A DNA stretch of 5,666 bases. Origin: Octopus sinensis. Its lineage: Eukaryota. The notes below the pieces were generated by a model that was not told the origin of the DNA, ran no database searches, and saw nothing but the letters and a program-made list of their open reading frames with translations. A program made the translations under genes and the position numbers. Numbering within the stretch: the stretch's first letter is position 1; the number at the start of each line of letters is the position of its first letter. Location of the stretch: positions 1 through 5,666 of the forward strand of contig NW_021829825.1 of the NCBI RefSeq assembly GCF_006345805.1. The letters are read 5' to 3'. Below, piece by piece: positions 1 to 5,426 of the stretch.

Positions 1-70
1 TGACCATGAATATTCACCGTCACAGCTCAATGATTGCTCATGGACACTCCTCCCACACACCTACAAAGCG

Positions 71-121
<51 letters not shown>

Positions 122-525
122 GCACATACACATATATACGCGCACACACATACATACATGCACACACACACACATAAACGCAACCCATATACATATAAAT
201 GTCTAGTTATAGATGGATATGCGCGGTCATAACACATATACACACACACAAATATATATGCATAGATTTGTATGACTATGCGTATATAGGTGTATATATA
301 TATATATATATATACATGTATTTTCAGAGACATACAGTACTATATATATATACATACATACATATATATATATGTATGTATGTATATATATATATATACA
401 CACATGTATATTCAGAGACATACACGCACGCAGACAGTATATATATATATATGTACAAATATATACGTACATACACACATGCAAACGCACATACACATTT
501 GCATAGAGATACGTACACATACATA
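71..525. repeat. Compound (CA)n/(TA)n/(TACA)n microsatellite, including a pure (CA)22 at 75-118
   Basis: Dinucleotide periodicity is directly visible. ORFs over this region translate to HT/YI/CV runs, i.e. repeat artefacts. Confidence 0.97.
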
Positions 526-640
526 TTCCCTGTGTCTCTTTCTTTCTCTCTCTGTCCCTCCCACTCCCTCTCTCTATTTCTCTCTCTCTTTCTATCCCTC
601 CCTTGCTCTCTCTCTATTTCTATCTCTCTCTCTCTCCCTC
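526..640. repeat. Degenerate (CT)n polypyrimidine tract
   Basis: Almost all C/T on the + strand with interrupted (CT)n runs. Confidence 0.9.
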
Positions 641-716
641 CCCCGATCTTATTCAGTCACTTTCTCATTGTCTTCAATGACGATTTCTTCTCCCTTCCGC
701 CGACTCTCCCTCTCTG

Positions 717-752
717 CATCCACCCATCCATCCATCCATTCATCCATGCATC
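717..752. repeat. Short degenerate (TCCA)n/(CATC)n tetranucleotide repeat
   Basis: catccacccatccatccatccattcatccatgcatc. Confidence 0.85.
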
Positions 753-901
753 TATCTTACCCAGTGGTTTCCCTCTGCAGATGGCAGTTGTCTGGGGTTG
801 AACCATGGACCACTCACCAATCCTCGCTTTCATTGAAATCCAGTCTGATGCTCTCCCGTCGGCGCCACGCCACCATTTTCCTTTTTATCATTCGTAGAAG
901 C

Positions 902-1165
902 CACTCACTCACTCACACTCTTACATTCTCTCACTCACACTCTTACATTCTCTCACTCACTCACCCACTCACTCACTCACTCATTCATTCACTCACTAAC
1001 TTACTCATTCACTCATTCACTTACTCAATCACTCTCTTATATTCCCTCACTCGCTCACTCGCTCACTCACTCGCTCACTCACTCACTCATTCACTCACTC
1101 ACTCACTCACTCACTCACTAACTCACTCACTCACTCCCTCCCTCATTCACTAGCTGATTCACTCA
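902..1165. repeat. Degenerate (TCAC)n tetranucleotide microsatellite
   Basis: Long runs of actcactcactc with variants (tcat, tcgc, ttac). Confidence 0.95.
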
Positions 1166-1431
1166 AAGTAAAATCTATCCAAAGTTTCCTTAACATTTCT
1201 CTTCCAGAAGTGGAGATATTCTTTTATGCTGAACATAATTATCTCAAAATGAAAAATTTTAATCGAAAGATGAAAGGAATACTAAACTTTCATCTGCCTG
1301 TCAGCTATTTGCGACGAGTGGATGACAACAAAATCATAGCTGTGGCGCATCACTCTTATTGCCGATCATGTTTACACAAAACATCTCAGCTAGAAATGGC
1401 AATCCTCTTTCCCAAAATATAAACAACACAG

Positions 1432-1626
1432 TTGTTACCATTGCAACCAGACATGTTCCTGCTCTCCAAGAATATAAAAACAATTATCGTAGTCGAAGTC
1501 ACAATGCTCTGGGAGGACAGCCTCGATATTCCCCACCAGGTAAAGAGATCGAAATATCAGGACTTAGTCGACGAGGCCCTTATCAATGGTTGGTCTGCGG
1601 CCTCACCCACCGATGAAGTTTTATAA
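1432..1626 (+). pseudogene. Restriction-like endonuclease (RLE, PD-(D/E)xK) fragment of a HERO-like non-LTR retrotransposon, truncated
   Basis: Translation LQPDMFLLSKNIKTIIVVEVTMLWEDSLDIPHQVKRSKYQDLVDEALINGWSA follows the pattern I recall for HERO-clade RLE domains (LRPD-hydrophobic-S-x-x-x-K-x-hydrophobic-ELTVPWE-x5-H-x-x-K-x-x-KY-x-x-L-x-x-E-x4-GW). P-D at 1447-1452, E at 1495, K-x-x-K-Y at 1543-1557. Upstream in-frame stop TAA at 1420-1422; stop at 1624-1626 where the usual EVGxRG would continue. No RT domain seen. Confidence 0.8.
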
Positions 1627-1668
1627 TTTAAACGTTTTATAATTGTGACTTGTTCATAATCACAAACG

Positions 1669-1800
1669 TTCTTCTTCTTCTTCTTCTTCTTCTTCTTCTT
1701 CTTCTTCTTCTTCTTCTTCTTTTCTTCTCTTCTTCTTCTTCTTCTTCTTCTTCTTCTTCTTCTTCTTCTTCTTCTTCTTCTTCTTCTTCTTCTTCTTCTT
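1669..1800. repeat. (TTC)n/(GAA)n trinucleotide microsatellite, about 44 units, with an interruption near 1721-1730
   Basis: Direct reading. Explains the poly-E/S/L/R ORFs. Confidence 0.98.
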
Positions 1801-1853
1801 TATATATACACACACACACACACCACACACATATATATATATATTTTTTTTTT
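1801..1853. repeat. (TA)n-(CA)n-(TA)n-T10 compound tract
   Basis: tatatatacacacacacacacaccacacacatatatatatatatttttttttt. T10 (1844-1853) is the A-tail side of the adjacent minus-strand SINE. Confidence 0.9.
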
Positions 1854-2224
1854 AAGCACTCCGTCGGTTACGACGACGAGGGTTCCGGTTGATCCGATCA
1901 ACGGAACAGCCTGCTCATGAAATTAACGTGTAAGTGGCTGAGCACTCCACAGACACGTGTACGCTTAACGTAGTTCTCGGGGATATTCAGCGTGACACAG
2001 AGAGTGACAAGGCCGGCCCTTTGAAATACAGGTACAACAGAAACAGGAAGAGTGAGAGTGAGAGAAAGTTGTGGTGAAAGAGTACAGCAGGGATCACCAC
2101 CATCCCCTGCCGGAGCGTCGTGGAGCTTTTAGGTGTTTTCGCTCAATAAACACTCACAACGCCCGGTCTGGGAATCGAAACCGCGATCCTACGACTGCGA
2201 GTCCGCTGCCCTAACCACTGGGCC

Positions 2225-2226
<2 letters not shown>
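1844..2226 (-). mobile_element. Near full-length tRNA-derived SINE (tRNA-Arg-like head; resembles octopus OR-type SINEs)
   Basis: Minus strand begins ATGGCCCAGTGGTTAGGGCAGCGGACTCGCAGTCGTAGGATCGCGGTTTCGATTCCC. A box TGGCCCAGTGG (2225-2215), B box GTTTCGATTCC (2181-2171). This aligns without gaps to a recalled eukaryotic tRNA-Arg at roughly two-thirds identity. Body of ~300 nt ends ...GTAACCGACGGAGTGCTT followed by A10. Family name is from memory. Confidence 0.88.

Positions 2227-2254
<28 letters not shown>
2227..2254. repeat. (AG)14 microsatellite
   Basis: Direct reading; abuts the SINE 5' end. Confidence 0.97.
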
Positions 2255-2257
<3 letters not shown>

Positions 2258-2335
2258 ACGAAAAAAACACAAGATGAAGACCGGTGGTGTACAAAACAAA
2301 CAGATGTATTAGTATAACGCTCAGGAATAGAAAGA

Positions 2336-2377
2336 GTCTTTTACGTTTCGAGCCAACGCTCTTATAAGGAAAGGGAC
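2336..2377 (-). ncRNA. Degenerate minimal type I hammerhead-like motif (Penelope-type), probably inactive
   Basis: Minus strand GUCCCUUUC-CUUAUAA-GAGC(GUUG)GCUC-GAAA-CGU-A-AAAGAC. Stem II, GAAA and palindromic ACGU stem III are present, and stem I can pair GUC..UUU with AAAGAC. The core reads CUUAUAA instead of CUGANGA (2 mismatches). Confidence 0.4.
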
Positions 2378-2546
2378 ACAGATAAAACAAGGAGAGAAAA
2401 AATATGTGTAGTGGCTAACGATCTATCATGATATATATATATAGGCATTACGATACAAATCACCTGGTGTAGAACTCAATATACGCATGATTCTGAACGA
2501 AGCGTATAGAGCCGTAATAAGAATACGAAACGACAAAGGAATAACC

Positions 2547-2913
2547 GATTAGCATATGAACCTCATTACCTTACAGCTGTTTCCTCTTTTGTGGAGGTGG
2601 ATGGCTTAGTGGTTAGGGGCGTTGAACTCATGACAGTAAGATTGCGGTTTCGATTCTTGGATTTCGTTCCACGTTGTTCCAGTCCACTCACCTGGCAAAA
2701 ATGAGTAATCCTGAGACGGACCGGGGTCCCGTCCAGGTGGGGAATACATGCGCCATAGAAAAAGGGAAATTGGTCCTTATGAATCGGTATAACCTGAGAA
2801 GTTAACTTAGTTTGGTTTCTACTATAACATGCGGTAGACCCATAGTTGATTGTCTGAGTAACACCTTACTATTTCATCAGAGCCTCAAGCATGAAATGCG
2901 TTTTATTTATGAA
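2547..2913 (-). ncRNA. Long-stem-II hammerhead repeat, copy B, interrupted by a SINE
   Basis: Removing 2584-2819 gives a 131-nt minus-strand sequence that aligns ungapped to 3563-3693 (+) at 106/131 identity by hand count. CUGAUGA at 2880-2874; GAAACAGCUGUA reconstituted across the insertion. Confidence 0.8.
2584..2814 (+). mobile_element. tRNA-derived SINE with CORE-like central segment and an internal deletion, flanked by 5-bp TSD GTTTC
   Basis: A box TGGCTTAGTGG (2602-2612), B box GTTTCGATTC (2647-2656). Body (cacgttgttccagtccactcacctggcaaaaatgagtaatcctg...gtccaggtgg...catgcgccatagaaa...cttatgaatcggtataacctgagaag) is colinear with the reverse complement of 5427-5666 but lacks ~32 nt after the B box. 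GTTTC occurs at 2579-2583 and 2815-2819. Confidence 0.88.
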
Positions 2914-2929
2914 AACGGAGAATTAGTAT

Positions 2930-3131
2930 AAAACCAAGCGACACACAGTCACTGATCTCGTAACGAGCAAATTATGAGAGCAGTAACAATATTGATAAAT
3001 AATATTTATCGCCCCTTAAACATGGCTCTCCCTTCGGAACAGTATCATCATTATTCTCATCTCTTATAGAGATTTCCTAACTCGCTAATTTGCCTGTTGC
3101 AAGATCCAGTGACTGTGTGTCGCTTGGTTTT
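2930..3131. repeat. Inverted repeat: arms 2930-2974 and 3086-3131
   Basis: 24-bp perfect inverted match AGTGACTGTGTGTCGCTTGGTTTT (3108-3131 vs reverse complement of 2930-2953), extending imperfectly to ~45 bp. Confidence 0.92.
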
Positions 3132-3450
3132 CTATATATTGAGAGCTGGAGTGAACTACAGCTATCTCTAGCGGGCGAGTATCCACCACTGAGGATGACC
3201 ACAAAGAGGTCGAAACCGTACGGTCTGGTTGTATCGTGGCTAGAAGATAGGGGTTCACTCCCCTGCTGGCAACATATATCGGGTGCAGATTATATCGAAT
3301 AACCAGCTGAAGGAGGCGTCCTCCTGGGATTAAAAATAGCAGTAATTTCGCTTCCTATGGAACAGCCATGCTGAAGTGGTGACAAGCATTACTTCTCTGT
3401 ACAGTTACTGCTTTCATCTCTTATAGAGATTTTCTAATTAGCTGATTTGC
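3057..3450 (+). repeat. Dispersed direct repeat: 3057-3093 and 3414-3450 (357-bp offset)
   Basis: 19-bp exact TCATCTCTTATAGAGATTT, then cctaactcgctaatttgc vs tctaattagctgatttgc. Confidence 0.92.
3148..3261 (+). ncRNA. Type I hammerhead ribozyme, near-canonical, on a long stem I
   Basis: Stem I ACCA(3185-88)/UGGU(3226-29); core CUGAGGA (3189-95) plus an extra U; stem II GACC-ACAAAGA-GGUC (3197-3211); GAAA (3212-15); palindromic stem III ACCGUACGGU (3215-24); GUC triplet with predicted cut after 3225. Stem I continues with GCGA/UCGU, CUAUCU-CUAGC/GCUAG-A-AGAUAG and GGAGUGAAC/GUUCACUCC. Confidence 0.88.
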
Positions 3451-3562
3451 TTGAAGGATTAATATTATTCTAATTGTGGTAGGAGCCGTGGATATCAACC
3501 CCAAACATGTATGCTTTCTCATTATCAATACTTTCTTGTACATATGTTTAAATGCATTTCTT

Positions 3563-3693
3563 TTCTCAAATAAATTGCACTTCATGGTTGAGGCTCTGAT
3601 GAAACTGTAAAGTGTTACTCAGGTACTGAACTATGACGCTACCGCATACTATATCAGAAACAGCTGTAAGCTAGTGAAGTTCATAAGATAATC
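3563..3693 (+). ncRNA. Atypical type I hammerhead with a 54-nt stem II domain, copy A (fold 3579-3680)
   Basis: CUGAUGA (3596-3602), GAAA (3657-60), palindromic stem III ACAGCUGU (3660-67), GUA triplet with predicted cut after 3668. Stem I GGCU/AGCU, an internal loop, then ACUUCAU/GUGAAGU. Positions 10.1/11.1 are A/A (non-canonical). AATAAA at 3569-3574 just upstream. Confidence 0.72.
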
Positions 3694-3710
3694 TTTAATC
3701 CTTTGTCATC

Positions 3711-3737
3711 TTCTCTCTCTCATATATATATATATAT

Positions 3738-3822
<85 letters not shown>

Positions 3823-4154
3823 GTATGCATGTATGTATGTATGTATACATACATGTATATATATATATATATGTGTATGCATATATATATCTATGTAGCA
3901 TGTATGTATGTATGTATGTATGTATACATATGCATGCGTGTGCATATACGTGTTTATATAATTACTTCTTGCGTTATATCTATTATACATCGCAAATTAT
4001 GAAAAATACCATGTATGTGTGTTCGTATATATATGTAAGTGCGTGTATATGTGTGCGTGTATACACATACAACATACATATTTAAAATATACGCTATGCA
4101 CAGTGTATATATAAAATCATCTCCCCTCTCTCTCTCTATATATATTTATGTATA

Positions 4155-4185
<31 letters not shown>

Positions 4186-4410
4186 CATACATCCATGTAT
4201 ACGTGTATATATACATATATATATATATATACCTACATATATATATATATGTATATACATACTTATACATACATATATACACGTATACTCACACACACAC
4301 TCACTCACATATATTTCCATGTATACATATACACATCTAGTATATTTCATACACGAACGCATCCACACTCACACGTACACGCACACGAACACACTTATAC
4401 TTACATACAT
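3711..4410. repeat. Large compound (TA)n/(TATG)n/(CA)n low-complexity block with two short (CT)n lead-ins
   Basis: Direct reading. All ORFs here are YI/CM/HT repeat artefacts. Confidence 0.95.
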
Positions 4411-4689
4411 CGGTTTTATGAATGTTTAGCAAGACAGGCGTTTAATGGCAACCGGAATAAATTTGTTAATGTCGGTGGCGGCGGTTCACAAACCTAATAT
4501 TTGAATCCTCATTCAATACCACGATATTTATTAGTGTTTCACGAAAAAAAAAGTCAACAAAAACAAACACAGAAATAAATAAAACATCTAAGAAAAAATT
4601 TATTCAGCGGAAATTACAACAAATAGACAGAGTTATTATATTTTTAACTGATTGGTTCCAACCGATTAAGCATCAAAGGTTTCCCCGAT

Positions 4690-4728
4690 CTTGTTGTTCT
4701 GTCGTCTTTTTCATTCCGTTAGGTAAGA
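4690..4728 (+). other. Juxtaposed 3' and 5' splice-site motif (YnTAG|GTAAGA), candidate recursive splice site
   Basis: cttgttgttctgtcgtctttttcattccgttAG|GTAAGA, with AG at 4721-4722. Motif only; no transcript evidence. Confidence 0.3.
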
Positions 4729-4746
4729 TTATCAAACATAGTTAAT

Positions 4747-4747
<1 letters not shown>

Positions 4748-4784
<37 letters not shown>
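4748..4784. repeat. (AC)18 microsatellite
   Basis: Direct reading; leads into the tandem array. Confidence 0.97.
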
Positions 4785-4787
<3 letters not shown>

Positions 4788-5328
4788 CGATGCTTCTTAA
4801 CTTTGTATTTAAGTAGTAACCTTTGTAGGAGATACAGAATGGTTGTTATTGAATTTCAATCGGGGATGTATGCTCAGGGGTGAATGGAGTTGACTGAATA
4901 ATTTGTGCATTTTCCCTCCTTCAAGAAAGTATTTTGCTCCCCTTCGACCAAATACACACACACACACAGTTCGATGCTTCTTAACTTTGTATTTAAGCAG
5001 TCACCTTTGTAGGAGATACAGAATGGTTGTTATTGAATTTCAATTGGGAATGTATGCTCAGGGGTGAATGGAGTTGACTGAATAATTTGTGCATTTTCCC
5101 TCCTTCAAGAAAGTATTTTGCTCCCCTTCGACCAAATACACACACACACACAGTTCGATGCTTCTTAACTTTGTATTTAAGCAGTAACCTTTGTAGGAGA
5201 TACAGAATGGTTGTTATTGAATTTCAATTGGGAATGTATACTCAGGGGTGAATGGAGTTGACTGAATAATTTGTGCATTTTCCTCCTTCAAGAAAGTATT
5301 TTGCTCCCCTTCGACCAAATACACACAC
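4783..5328. repeat. Three tandem ~184-bp units separated by (CA)n tracts
   Basis: Unit start CAGTTCGATGCTTC at 4783, 4967 and 5151 (period 184). Copies differ at only 3-5 positions pairwise; copy 3 has a 1-bp deletion. Confidence 0.98.
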
Positions 5329-5339
5329 GTACACATAGA

Positions 5340-5426
5340 GGTGCAGACGTGGCTCTGTGGTAAGAAGTTTATTTCCCAACAACATAATTCCAGGTTCGGT
5401 CCCACTGTGTGACACCTTGAGCAAGT
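5340..5426 (+). mobile_element. 5' part of a different tRNA-derived SINE (resembles octopus OK-type), interrupted
   Basis: A-box-like TGGCTCTGTGG (5350-5360) and B-box-like GGTTCGGTCCC (5393-5403), followed by actgtgtgacaccttgagcaagt. Matches a recalled octopus SINE head; sequence switches abruptly at 5427. Confidence 0.8.

Noticed and set aside
775-897. CTGCAG acceptor-like site followed by ATG, and a minus-strand B-box-like GGTTCAACCCC (805-795)
   Set aside because: No matching donor or recognisable peptide; no properly spaced A box or cloverleaf.
6-1153. Long ORFs (200 aa at 199-801, 287 aa at 290-1153, and others)
   Set aside because: Translations are HT/YI/SL/THS repeats produced by stop-poor microsatellites; no domain signal.
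1637-1892. Poly-E/R and poly-L/S ORFs
   Set aside because: Translations of the (TTC)n tract.
2157-2226. tRNA-like sequence
   Set aside because: Acceptor and anticodon stems do not pair and it continues into a SINE body; it is a SINE head, not a tRNA gene.
2447-2490. Two 9-mers (TATATTGAG, TTGTATCGT) on the minus strand also found flanking the 3148-3261 hammerhead
   Set aside because: Intervening sequence does not align; short AT-rich matches may be chance.
2493-2540. Possible + strand hammerhead CTGAACGA...GTAT/ATAC-GAAACGAC
   Set aside because: Core has an extra base, U16.1 is missing and stem I does not form; too degenerate to call.
3090-3302. 70-aa ORF across the hammerhead
   Set aside because: No recognisable RT or GIY-YIG motif; sequence is better explained by RNA structure.
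3307-3330. CTGAAGG plus hairpin as a further hammerhead
   Set aside because: Core mismatch and no downstream GAAA/NUH.
3695-4497. Multiple overlapping ORFs on both strands
   Set aside because: TA/CA repeat artefacts.
4783-5328. CRISPR-like repeat/spacer array
   Set aside because: Whole 184-bp units are near-identical with no unique spacers; eukaryotic context, no cas genes.
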